Positions 49,801 to 58,730 of a stretch of 64,000 bases of DNA are shown here, one piece after another (within the stretch, counting starts at the first letter, position 1; the number at the start of each line of letters is the position of its first letter). Below the pieces are notes generated by a model that did not search any database, was not told where the DNA came from, and was given only the letters and a program-made list of their open reading frames with translations. The stretch covers positions 1-64,000 of the forward strand of contig CAWIEK010000011.1 in the NCBI GenBank assembly GCA_963835065.1, read 5' to 3'. Both the position numbers and the translations under genes were made by a program. This DNA is from an uncultured Chthonomonadaceae bacterium. GTDB lineage: Bacteria; Armatimonadota; Chthonomonadetes; Chthonomonadales; Chthonomonadaceae.

Positions 49801-51065
49801 CAGCAGCACAAGAAGCGGAACAAACGGCGGGCCGCCGCGTGGTGGTAACGGGAATCGGAGCCATCAGCAGCATAGGGATTGGCGCGGAAGGGCTGTGGAG
49901 CGGCGTGAAGTGCGCCCGGTCGGGGATAGGCTCGATTACCCACTTTGACGCGAGCCGCCTTCCCTGCCGGATTGCCGCCGAAGCGCGCGATTTCGACCCG
50001 ACGCCGTATTTTGACGCCAAAGCGCAGAGGCGCCTGGGGCGCCCGACTCAGTTTGCCATTGCCTGCAGCAAGCAGGCGTTGGCGGACGCGCAATTGGATA
50101 TGGCGCAGGAAGACGGGGAACGAGTTGGCGTGTGCGTGGGCAGCGCGTTGGGCGGCGCGGCGTTTGCGGAAGAGCAGCATACGGTGTACCTGCAGGAAGG
50201 TATTCGGGGCGTCAATCCGCATGTCGCTTTGCAGGTATTTGTCGGCGCGAGCAGCTGCTGCGTGGCGATTGCCACAGGCGCGACGGGGTACAGCACGTCC
50301 AATGCCGACAGCTGCGCGTCCGGGCCGATTGCGCTCGGCAACGCCTGGAACGCCATTCGGCGGGGCGAAGCGGACGTGATGCTGGCGGGCGGGACGGATG
50401 CGCCGCTTGCGCCGCTGTGCTTCGGCGCGTTTGCGCTGATACGCGCGATGTCCACGCGCAATGACGATCCGGGCAGCGCGTGTCGTCCGTTCGATAAGGG
50501 GCGCGACGGGTTTGTCATGGGTGAGGGCGCGGCGATTCTGGTGTTGGAGGAGCGCGAACACGCCCTGAAGCGCGGCGCGCGCATTTACGCGGAACTGGCG
50601 GGTTTCGCCTGCACCAACGATGCGTTTCACATGACCGCGCCCCGTCCCGACGGCACAAGCGCGTCCCGGTGTCTCAGCCTCGCCATGCAGGCAGGGGGCA
50701 TTGCCCCCGCAGACGTGGATTACGTCAACGCGCACGGCTCGTCCACCCCGCTCAACGATTCAACGGAAACACTGGCCTTGAAGCAGGCATTGGGAGAAGA
50801 CATTGCCCGCAAAGTGCCCATCAGCGCGACCAAATCCATGCACGGCCACGCGCTCGGCGCGTCCGGCGCGATTGAAGCCGCCATCTGCTGCCTTGCGATG
50901 GAACACAGCTGGATACCGCCGACCATCAACTACGAGAATCCCGACCCGGAATGTGATCTGGACTACGTGCCCAATGTCGGGCGCGAGAAAGTACTCAATA
51001 CCGTCCTGTCCAACTCGTTCGGCTTCGGCGGCATCAACGCCGCGCTCGTGTTCACGCGCCGTTAG
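49797..51065 (+). CDS. FabF-like beta-ketoacyl synthase
   Basis: RRVVVTGIG, SCASG, PFD..RDGFVMGEGA, NAHGSST, GHALGASG, NSFGFGG. Confidence 0.92.
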   Translation: MTAAQEAEQTAGRRVVVTGIGAISSIGIGAEGLWSGVKCARSGIGSITHFDASRLPCRIAAEARDFDPTPYFDAKAQRRLGRPTQFAIACSKQALADAQLDMAQEDGERVGVCVGSALGGAAFAEEQHTVYLQEGIRGVNPHVALQVFVGASSCCVAIATGATGYSTSNADSCASGPIALGNAWNAIRRGEADVMLAGGTDAPLAPLCFGAFALIRAMSTRNDDPGSACRPFDKGRDGFVMGEGAAILVLEEREHALKRGARIYAELAGFACTNDAFHMTAPRPDGTSASRCLSLAMQAGGIAPADVDYVNAHGSSTPLNDSTETLALKQALGEDIARKVPISATKSMHGHALGASGAIEAAICCLAMEHSWIPPTINYENPDPECDLDYVPNVGREKVLNTVLSNSFGFGGINAALVFTRR

Positions 51066-51074
51066 TCTTGAACT

Positions 51075-51953
51075 ATGAGGACTCCTATCATGCCCCGCCG
51101 TATTCTTGTGCGCTCCACATTTGTTGTTTGCTGCCTGCTTGTCGCGGCGTTTGGCGGATGGACAGCGCTTACGGTACGGCAGCAGCAACGCCAATACCGA
51201 CTGAACCGCGCTCTGGTTCGCGCTATTTTGGATTATGATACCGACACGGCGCTGTCAGCCTTGCGCGACGGAGCCGACCCGAACACCCGCGAACAGCCCG
51301 ATCCCATCCTTCCCCTGTGGCAGCAGTGGCGCAATCTGCTGTTGCGGCGCAAGCCACCCCTGAACAAAAGCGACCCGGCTCTTGTCCTGATTATGGATAG
51401 CACCGTAGAGCGCCCCAGGCAATCCCTCGACGATAACGGCATTCCCCGCGAAAACGCTCGTTTGGTGACTGCGCTTTTGGACAAAGGGGCGCAAGTCAAT
51501 GCGACAAGCGACATTCATGATACAGCGCTAATACAAGCAGTCGGTTGGGACTATCGAGATACGGTTCACATCCTGCTGGCGCATAACGCGGACGTCAACA
51601 TTGCGGATGTCGGCGGCATGACGCCTCTCATGGAGGCCGTCGGCAGGGGGAATGAAGACTACACCCGCTTATTGTTAGAAAGGGGAGCCAACCCGAACGC
51701 GCAAAACTGTATCGGGTACACGGCGTTGATGGAATCGCAATGCCTTGATTTGCCGCCGCAGGTGTTACAAAGCATGCCTGGGGAGCAACTACAACAATAC
51801 CATCTTCTGCCAACGGCATTGCAGCTTCTGTTGCAGCATCACCCCGACCTTACTCTGAAAAACAGCAGCGGCCAAACCGCGCTTGTCCTCGCCCGCAAAC
51901 ATCACGAGACACAAAAAGCGCGTTTGCTGATGCTGGCAGGCGCGAAAGAGTAG
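51075..51953 (+). CDS. Membrane-anchored ankyrin-repeat protein
   Basis: GADPN, TALIQAV, GMTPLMEA, GQTAL repeats. Confidence 0.85.
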   Translation: MRTPIMPRRILVRSTFVVCCLLVAAFGGWTALTVRQQQRQYRLNRALVRAILDYDTDTALSALRDGADPNTREQPDPILPLWQQWRNLLLRRKPPLNKSDPALVLIMDSTVERPRQSLDDNGIPRENARLVTALLDKGAQVNATSDIHDTALIQAVGWDYRDTVHILLAHNADVNIADVGGMTPLMEAVGRGNEDYTRLLLERGANPNAQNCIGYTALMESQCLDLPPQVLQSMPGEQLQQYHLLPTALQLLLQHHPDLTLKNSSGQTALVLARKHHETQKARLLMLAGAKE

Positions 51954-51999
51954 AAAATAAGTTCTGGTTACATACGTGGCGTTTACAGGAGAATACGCT

Positions 52000-54216
52000 T
52001 TGAAACGACGTGAGTTTCTCGTTCGCTTGTCCGGGGCTGTGGGCGCGCTGGAAGCGGCGCGACACGCGGATGCCAACTCCGTACAACAGACACGCTTGCA
52101 GACGGAAAATACCGATCCTTATGCGCGGTACGCGCGGACTTCCCGTGACTTCCGGCGCGTGAAGCAGGACAAAGCCTGGCTGAACAAAGCCTATCCCGGC
52201 TGGATTTACATGCCCTGGACGTACCAGTGGACGATTGGCTACACGGAAGCGTCGGGCAAGTGGAGTCAGGCGCATGGCTACAACGGCGCGTTCCTGGACG
52301 GCAACGGTGGCGCCCCGGATTCGCCCAAAGGCAAGCTGGACTGGATCAACCGCTTTGGGCTGCGCTTTTACATGGATCATACCGCCCGTAAAGGCTACCT
52401 GCACCTGTGGGACGGCGACAAAAAGCAGGCGCATCTGGCGGAACTGCACAGTAATGGCGTTCGGCCCGTTCCCCTTAATGACGCGCTGCGGGAGAAACTG
52501 CGCGGATTTGTGCGCGAAAACATTACGCAGGTAAAGTCCTCGCCCTTCCGCAGCGCCTATGCGCTCGACGATGAAGCCTCGTGGGGGCATTTCGTGCATC
52601 CCACTATGTGGCGCGTGACGGATGATACGAACGCTTATCCCGCCTGGCTCAAAGAAGTGTATGGCGCGGCCAGTGCCCCGGTTCGGGCAGGGTGGGTGAC
52701 GTATGAAGATATACGCCCACATCTTGAAACATGGAGCGTAGGCGATTTTGACGCCTCGCCCCTGATGGATCAGTGGAGTTTCAACGATTCGCACTGGTGC
52801 AATTTTCTGGGAGATCTGGTGGAATACGCCAATACGGTTGACCCGGATACGCCCTGCGGCATCGTGGGCGGGCAGGCTCCCAATGCGTTCGGCGGCTACG
52901 ATTACGCCAAACTGACGCGCAAAATCCAGTACATCGAAGCGTACAATCTTGGTTCCTCGCAGGCCATTATCCGCTCGTTCAACCCCCACAACGCCGTTCC
53001 CGCCGTGACCAGCCATTTCCATCAATCGGCGGAAGACGACATCTGGCAGGTCTGGTACTATCTGGCGCATGGCAACCGGGGACACATCGGCTGGGTCGAA
53101 AATTGGTTTGACGGGCAAACCGCCCGGCCCTGGCAGGAAACAGTGGCCCCGCACTATCTGGAAGCCGGAAAGAAAATCGGTCCGCTGATGCAGGGCGCGG
53201 AATGGCGGCATGACGGCGTAGCCCTGTACTACAGCCATCCTTCCCTTCAGCTCGGCTGGATACTGGACGCGCAGGCGCATGGCAAAACCTGGGGCAACCG
53301 CGACGGCGACCAGCGCTTGGGCGCGTCGCATCTGGTCCGGCAGGCATGGGAAAACATGCTCCGCGATTCCGGCCTGCAATACAACTTTCTGAGTTATGTG
53401 GATGTGCTGCAAACGGGCATACCGTCGGATGTCAAGGTTCTCATCCTGCCCGCCTGCCTGTGCCTGTCGAATGTGGAAGCGCAGGCTATTGAAGCATTTT
53501 GCCGGGGCGGCGGGACAGTGATTGCCGATTATCTGCCCGGCGTGTGGGATCAGCACGGCAAAGGGCGGGCGAACGGCGGGGCGCTTGACGGCATGTTTGG
53601 CGTTCGGCACGAGTCGACTCTGACAGTCAAAGACGTGTGGGGCGGAAATTTGTGGTGCGAAGTGAATCAGGACGCCAATTATAGCTGGAAGACGTACCGG
53701 GAAATGCTGACCAACGCCAACACGTGCCTGAAAGACGCGGGCGGGTTTCACAAGGCTGTTCGGCACATGGCGACTTCCAATGTTAAGCGCGTGGGCAAGG
53801 GAACCGCTGTCCTGATGAACCTGTCGCCCCAATGGTACAATGCGTACCGGGCGGAAGGGCAGGAAGCGGCCCAACAGCGCGAGATTTTTATGCGGCATGT
53901 TCATGCGGCGGGGCTGGCGCGTTGGGTTGAGATTGAAAACGCGGGTGACGCGGAGTTCGGGTACGAGATCACGTACTTTCGCCGTCCCAACGGCAGAACC
54001 CTCCTATTCCTGTGCGCCAATCTGGAAACGGTCGGAACGGAACTCGGCGGCGGCAATGCGGTTGGCCTGAAAGCGGACGCGCGCAGCATTGCCTTGCATT
54101 TCAAGCAGCCGCAGCGCAATGTCCGCGACGAGCGCGCAAACCGCGACTTGGGCAATGGAACCCGCTTCCCGCTCACCTGGACTCGCAATGAGGCGATTGT
54201 GCTGTCCTTTGCTTGA
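52000..54216 (+). CDS. Tat-exported protein with GH42-like trimerisation domain
   Basis: AGGAG SD, KRREFL; VALYYS, LRDSGLQYNF, VLILP, GGGTVIADYLPG. Confidence 0.6.
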   Translation: MKRREFLVRLSGAVGALEAARHADANSVQQTRLQTENTDPYARYARTSRDFRRVKQDKAWLNKAYPGWIYMPWTYQWTIGYTEASGKWSQAHGYNGAFLDGNGGAPDSPKGKLDWINRFGLRFYMDHTARKGYLHLWDGDKKQAHLAELHSNGVRPVPLNDALREKLRGFVRENITQVKSSPFRSAYALDDEASWGHFVHPTMWRVTDDTNAYPAWLKEVYGAASAPVRAGWVTYEDIRPHLETWSVGDFDASPLMDQWSFNDSHWCNFLGDLVEYANTVDPDTPCGIVGGQAPNAFGGYDYAKLTRKIQYIEAYNLGSSQAIIRSFNPHNAVPAVTSHFHQSAEDDIWQVWYYLAHGNRGHIGWVENWFDGQTARPWQETVAPHYLEAGKKIGPLMQGAEWRHDGVALYYSHPSLQLGWILDAQAHGKTWGNRDGDQRLGASHLVRQAWENMLRDSGLQYNFLSYVDVLQTGIPSDVKVLILPACLCLSNVEAQAIEAFCRGGGTVIADYLPGVWDQHGKGRANGGALDGMFGVRHESTLTVKDVWGGNLWCEVNQDANYSWKTYREMLTNANTCLKDAGGFHKAVRHMATSNVKRVGKGTAVLMNLSPQWYNAYRAEGQEAAQQREIFMRHVHAAGLARWVEIENAGDAEFGYEITYFRRPNGRTLLFLCANLETVGTELGGGNAVGLKADARSIALHFKQPQRNVRDERANRDLGNGTRFPLTWTRNEAIVLSFA

Positions 54217-54275
54217 AAGGGCCGCAAAGCGCAGATTTTCCGCATCTCAATCTGAGAAAAATGCCAAGAAAAATG

Positions 54276-54404
54276 CTTATGGACAAACCACTTAAACATT
54301 GCACATTCCCGCGTCCGTAGGACAATTGGCCGAAGGCCTAACAACCGGCATTTTATATGCCGGGACGCGGCGGATGTAGCATGTATAACTGGTTTGTCCA
54401 TAAG
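54276..54404. other. 129-nt branched stem-loop (MITE/REP-like or structured leader)
   Basis: Perfect 15-bp outer IR, CCGCGTCC/GGACGCGG inner stem, two small hairpins. Confidence 0.6.
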
Positions 54405-54521
54405 TAAAGAAAAGGGCGGCGGAAGCAGGCCGGAAAAGAAGGAATTTACCGGCGGAAACGCGAACACCTGGCTATCCGCCGGGAAGCGGCCATCTACCCT
54501 GCCCGCGTTCAGGAGCCGCCC

Positions 54522-55973
54522 ATGACTTCTCTGCCGACTGGAACAATTACGCTGCTGTTTACCGACATCGAAGGCAGCACCAAACTATGGGAGCAATACC
54601 CCGCCATTATGCGCGACGCGCTGATACGGCATGACGCGCTTGCCGACTCGGTTCTGGCGGAACACAGCGGCCACCTTGTCAAGCCGCGCGGCGAGGGCGA
54701 CAGCCTGTTTGCCGTTTTTGCCCGCGCCAGCGATGCAGTTGCCGCCGCCTTCGATCTGCAGCGCACCCTGATTTTTGAACCCTGGCCGCTGCATACGTCC
54801 CTGCGCGTTCGCATGGCCCTGCACACCGGCGAAACGCTGCTGCGCGACGGCGACTATTACGGCCCGACCGTGAACCGCTGCGCCCGCCTCCGCGCCACTG
54901 CGCACGGCGGGCAGGTGATTGTTTCGCAAGTGACTCGCGACCTCGCGCAAAACGCGCTGCCGGACGGCGTGACGCTCACCGATCTGGGCTTACACAAGCT
55001 CAAGGACTTGACGCAGGCCGAACACGTGTGGCAGCTTGTCCACCCCGAACTTCCCGCCGACTTTCCGCCCCTGAAATCCCTGCGCGAAAGCAATCTGCCC
55101 CTGCAAACGACCTCGTTTGTAGGCCGCGAAAAAGAGATTGCCGAATCCGGGGAGTGCCTTGCCAACACGCGCCTGCTGACCCTGCTGGGAGCCGGGGGAA
55201 CGGGCAAAACGCGCCTGAGCCTGCATCTCGCGGCGGAAGTCGGCGATACGTATCCCGATGGCCTCTGGCTTGTGGAACTCGCGCCGCTTTCCGACCCCGC
55301 CCTGGTTCCGCAGGCCGTCGCGTTCGCGCTTGGCGTCCGCGAGGAGCCGGGACGCGCGCTGACCGAAACCCTGCTGGAACACTTGCGCGGCAAAAATCTG
55401 CTCCTGATCCTCGACAACTGTGAGCATTTGCTGGATGCCTGCGCGCGATTTGCGGATCGGGCGTTGCGCGTCTGCCCCGATATTCGCCTGCTGGCAAGCA
55501 GCCGGGAAGCGCTTAACATTCCCGGCGAAGCCACATATCGCGTTCCCTCCCTCGGCCTGCCCTCACCCGAACATCAGACCCCACAGACGCTGCTCCACTC
55601 CGCCGCCGCCTGCTTGTTTGTGGAGCGCGCGACAGCCGCCCGCAACGACTTCGCCGTCACCGACGCCAATGCCGACGCCATTGCCGCCATTTGCCGCCAA
55701 CTCGACGGTATCCCGCTGGCTCTGGAACTCGCCGCGTCCCGCGTGAAAGCGCTGTCACCCATACAGATCGCCGCCCGCCTGGATGACCGTTTCCGGCTGC
55801 TGACGGGCGGCAGCCGGGGCGCGCTGCCCCGTCAGCAGACCCTGCGCGCCCTGATTGACTGGTCGTATGACCTGCTTTCCGAAAAGGAAAAGACCCTGCT
55901 GCGCCGCCTGTCGGTATTCGCCGGCGGCTGGACGCTGGAAGCGGCGGAAGCCGTCTGCGCCGACCCGGAATAG
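54522..55973 (+). CDS. Class III nucleotide cyclase + STAND (NB-ARC-like) ATPase, ending mid winged helix
   Basis: LFTDIEGST, GEGDS, DYYGPTVNRCARL; SFVGRE, GAGGTGKT, LILDNCEH, LDGIPLALELAA, LSVFAGGWTLEAAEAVC then stop. Confidence 0.92.
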   Translation: MTSLPTGTITLLFTDIEGSTKLWEQYPAIMRDALIRHDALADSVLAEHSGHLVKPRGEGDSLFAVFARASDAVAAAFDLQRTLIFEPWPLHTSLRVRMALHTGETLLRDGDYYGPTVNRCARLRATAHGGQVIVSQVTRDLAQNALPDGVTLTDLGLHKLKDLTQAEHVWQLVHPELPADFPPLKSLRESNLPLQTTSFVGREKEIAESGECLANTRLLTLLGAGGTGKTRLSLHLAAEVGDTYPDGLWLVELAPLSDPALVPQAVAFALGVREEPGRALTETLLEHLRGKNLLLILDNCEHLLDACARFADRALRVCPDIRLLASSREALNIPGEATYRVPSLGLPSPEHQTPQTLLHSAAACLFVERATAARNDFAVTDANADAIAAICRQLDGIPLALELAASRVKALSPIQIAARLDDRFRLLTGGSRGALPRQQTLRALIDWSYDLLSEKEKTLLRRLSVFAGGWTLEAAEAVCADPE

Positions 55974-56046
55974 CGCAACCAGGCAGTTGATGGTTGATAG
56001 TTTGTAGTTGATAGAAATACCGAACACCGAATTCCTTAATTCAAAA

Positions 56047-57318
56047 ATGAGCAATCACGCAGGAACCACACATCTATCAGGAACCACAAACGCCAACGCT
56101 CTGCAAGTCGAGGAACCGGCTGATGTGGAGGCATGGGAAGTTCTCGATCTGCTGCAATCGCTGGTGGATAAGTCGCTTGTCGTGTACGAAGAAAACGCGG
56201 ACGGGCAGGGCCGCTACCGCCTGCTGGAAACCGTACGGCAGTACGCGAATGATAAGCTGACCACATCGCAGGAAGCGGCAGTCGTTCAGGAGCGGCATTG
56301 TACCTACTATCTTGGTTATCTGACGACGATTGAGCCAATGCTTGCCGGCGCGCGGCAGGCGGAAGGTTTGTCCGCGTTGGCGCAGGAACATGATAACGCG
56401 CGCGCCGGCATACGATATAGCCTGCATCGGCAGGATACTGAAACCGGCTTCGCATTTGCGCGCGGCCTGCAGCGCTTTTGGGGAATGCGGGGCCATCTGG
56501 AGGAAGGACGCGCATGCGCTGAGGCGCTGCTCACGTTGGATGAGCGGAATGCGCCTTCGCCGGCGCGGGGCGTTGTTTTGCATGGAACGGCTATTTTGGC
56601 CTATAAACAAGCGGATTACCTGGCCGCCCGCGCCATGCTCGAACAAAGCATTGCCATTTTTTTGCAGTTCGGCGATGAAGCGCGGCGCATGGCTTCCCTG
56701 CACGCGCTGGGAAACGTCGCCTATTTTCAGGGTGACTTCGCGGCAGCCCAAACCACGTATGAGCAGAGCCGCGCGCTTGCGCAAGAGCGCAATGATTTGC
56801 GCGGCGAGACTCTGGCCTGGCATGCGCTTGGAAACCTGGCCTATCAGCGCCGCGATTTTACGGAGGCCGGGCGATGTTATGAACAGTCGCTTGTTCGCGC
56901 GCGTTCTCTGGGCGATGCGCAGGCTCTTGCGCAGGCGCTGCTTTGCTGCGGCATTATCGCGGCGGAACAGGAAGAATACGTCAGGGCAAAACCCTTTTTC
57001 GATAAAGCGCTCACAACTCTCCTGCAATTGCAAGATCAGCATGGGATCGCCAATGTGCTTCATAATCAGGCGCATCTTTTCGTGCTGCAGAACCGTATAC
57101 GGCCCGCGTCGCGGCTTTATGGCGCGCATGACAGCCTGCGCGACAGGCTGAAATCGCCTGTACATCTTTCCGACAAAGCCGATTACGATCAAGACATCGC
57201 GTTATGCCGCGCCACTCTGGGTGAAACGACATTCCAGCAGGAGTACAATCAGGGGCGTATGCTCGATTCCGAAGCGGCTGTTCAGTTTGCTCTTGACGCT
57301 TCGGAGGCCGCGCTATGA
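56047..57318 (+). CDS. Winged-helix C-half + TPR module 1 (start uncertain)
   Basis: WEVLDLLQSLVDKSLV..RYRLLETVRQYA, EHDN, TPR repeats. Confidence 0.85.
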   Translation: MSNHAGTTHLSGTTNANALQVEEPADVEAWEVLDLLQSLVDKSLVVYEENADGQGRYRLLETVRQYANDKLTTSQEAAVVQERHCTYYLGYLTTIEPMLAGARQAEGLSALAQEHDNARAGIRYSLHRQDTETGFAFARGLQRFWGMRGHLEEGRACAEALLTLDERNAPSPARGVVLHGTAILAYKQADYLAARAMLEQSIAIFLQFGDEARRMASLHALGNVAYFQGDFAAAQTTYEQSRALAQERNDLRGETLAWHALGNLAYQRRDFTEAGRCYEQSLVRARSLGDAQALAQALLCCGIIAAEQEEYVRAKPFFDKALTTLLQLQDQHGIANVLHNQAHLFVLQNRIRPASRLYGAHDSLRDRLKSPVHLSDKADYDQDIALCRATLGETTFQQEYNQGRMLDSEAAVQFALDASEAAL

Positions 57319-58631
57319 GCCATGAAGCCGTTGAAAATTGGGAAATTCTCGATCTGCTGCAATCGCTCGTAGACAAGTCGTTGGTGGTTCACGAGGAGGG
57401 CGCGGACGGGCAGGGGCGCTACCGCCTGCTGGAAACCGTGCGGCAGTACGCGAGTGAAAAGCAGGCCGCGAGGGACGAGAACATCGCCTGCCGCGCCCGG
57501 CACGGCGCTTTCTTTCTTGCGCTGGCCGAGGAGACGCGAACCAGACTGCGCGGGCGGGAGCAGGCGCAGTGGCTCACGCTGCTGGAAACCGAACACGACA
57601 ACCTGCGCGCCGCGCTCGCCTTTTACCGCGCGACGCCGGACGCCTGGGAAATGCAGGCGCGGCTGGCCGCGTCGCTGACGCGCTTCTGGACGGTGCGCGG
57701 CTACCTGCGCGAAGGCCGCAAACATCTGGAGGACGCGCTAAATCACCCGGACGCGCAGCCCAACGCCAGGGCGCAGGCTGACGCGCTGGCAGGCGCGGCG
57801 AGCCTGGCCTATGAACAGGGCGAGTATAAGCCCGCGCAGGCGCTGTGCGAGCAAAGCCTTGCCATTCATCAGGAGCAGGGCAATCAGGAAGGCGTTGCCG
57901 CCGCGCTGAACAGGATGGGATTGATCGCCTGGCAGCAGGGAGAACTGGCCCGCGCCCGCGTCCATTTGGATGAGTGCCTGGCGATTCGCCGCAAACTTAC
58001 GGATCGGCAATCCCTGGCGGCTTCGCTGTTGTGCCTGGGATTGATCGCGCAGCAGGAGGGGAACGGCTTGCAGGCCCGCGCCCTGTATGAGGAAAGCCTG
58101 CTGATTTTCCGGGAACAGCAGGATATGCTGCATACGGCGGCAGCCTTGAACAATCTCGGCACGATTGCCAGAGAACAGGCGGATTACGAGGGAGCGCGGC
58201 TGCTGTTCGCGGAAAGCCTGTCGTGCTATCAGGCGCTCAAGCACAAAGGCGGCATCGCGCTGATCCTGCTGAATCTGGGCCGTCTGGCGCAGATTCAGCA
58301 GGATTACGAGTCGTGCCGCAGTCTGGTACAGCAAAGTTTCGCGCTGTTTCAGGAAATCGGGGATCGGCACGGCATTGATTCCGCGCTGGAAGTTCGCGGG
58401 GAAGCCGCGCTTGCCTCAGAGGAATGGGAGCGGGGCGCGCGTCTTAGCCTGGCTCGCGCCGCTTTGTGGGAAAACATGGGCAACGTTATGTCCGCGCAGC
58501 AACGCGAAGAGCAGGAACGCGCCCTGCAGCATTGCCGCTTCCATCTGCCCGGCGAAAGGTATGACGCGATTGTAGAGGAAATGCGCGACCTGACACCCGA
58601 ACAGTTCCTTGCGTCCGCAATGCGCGAATGA
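57315..58631 (+). CDS. Winged-helix C-half + TPR module 2
   Basis: GGAGG SD, ATGA overlap, WEILDLLQSLVDKSLV..., TPR repeats. Confidence 0.88.
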   Translation: MSHEAVENWEILDLLQSLVDKSLVVHEEGADGQGRYRLLETVRQYASEKQAARDENIACRARHGAFFLALAEETRTRLRGREQAQWLTLLETEHDNLRAALAFYRATPDAWEMQARLAASLTRFWTVRGYLREGRKHLEDALNHPDAQPNARAQADALAGAASLAYEQGEYKPAQALCEQSLAIHQEQGNQEGVAAALNRMGLIAWQQGELARARVHLDECLAIRRKLTDRQSLAASLLCLGLIAQQEGNGLQARALYEESLLIFREQQDMLHTAAALNNLGTIAREQADYEGARLLFAESLSCYQALKHKGGIALILLNLGRLAQIQQDYESCRSLVQQSFALFQEIGDRHGIDSALEVRGEAALASEEWERGARLSLARAALWENMGNVMSAQQREEQERALQHCRFHLPGERYDAIVEEMRDLTPEQFLASAMRE

Positions 58632-58644
58632 AAACAGACGCGAT

Positions 58645-58720
58645 GCAAACGTAAACGAAGCCACGACCAATGAAATCTCTATAAACGAAACCTCTACAAA
58701 CGAAACCTCTACAAATGAAG
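58645..58720 (+). repeat. 15-nt tandem repeat (AACGAAACCTCTACA-like)
   Basis: About 5 degenerate units. Confidence 0.7.
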
Positions 58721-58730
58721 GAGACGCCGC

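Noticed and set aside
55971..55973. Amber readthrough or a single sequencing error joining the cyclase-ATPase to module 1
   Set aside because: Module 1 is in a different frame and all frames have further stops before 56015.
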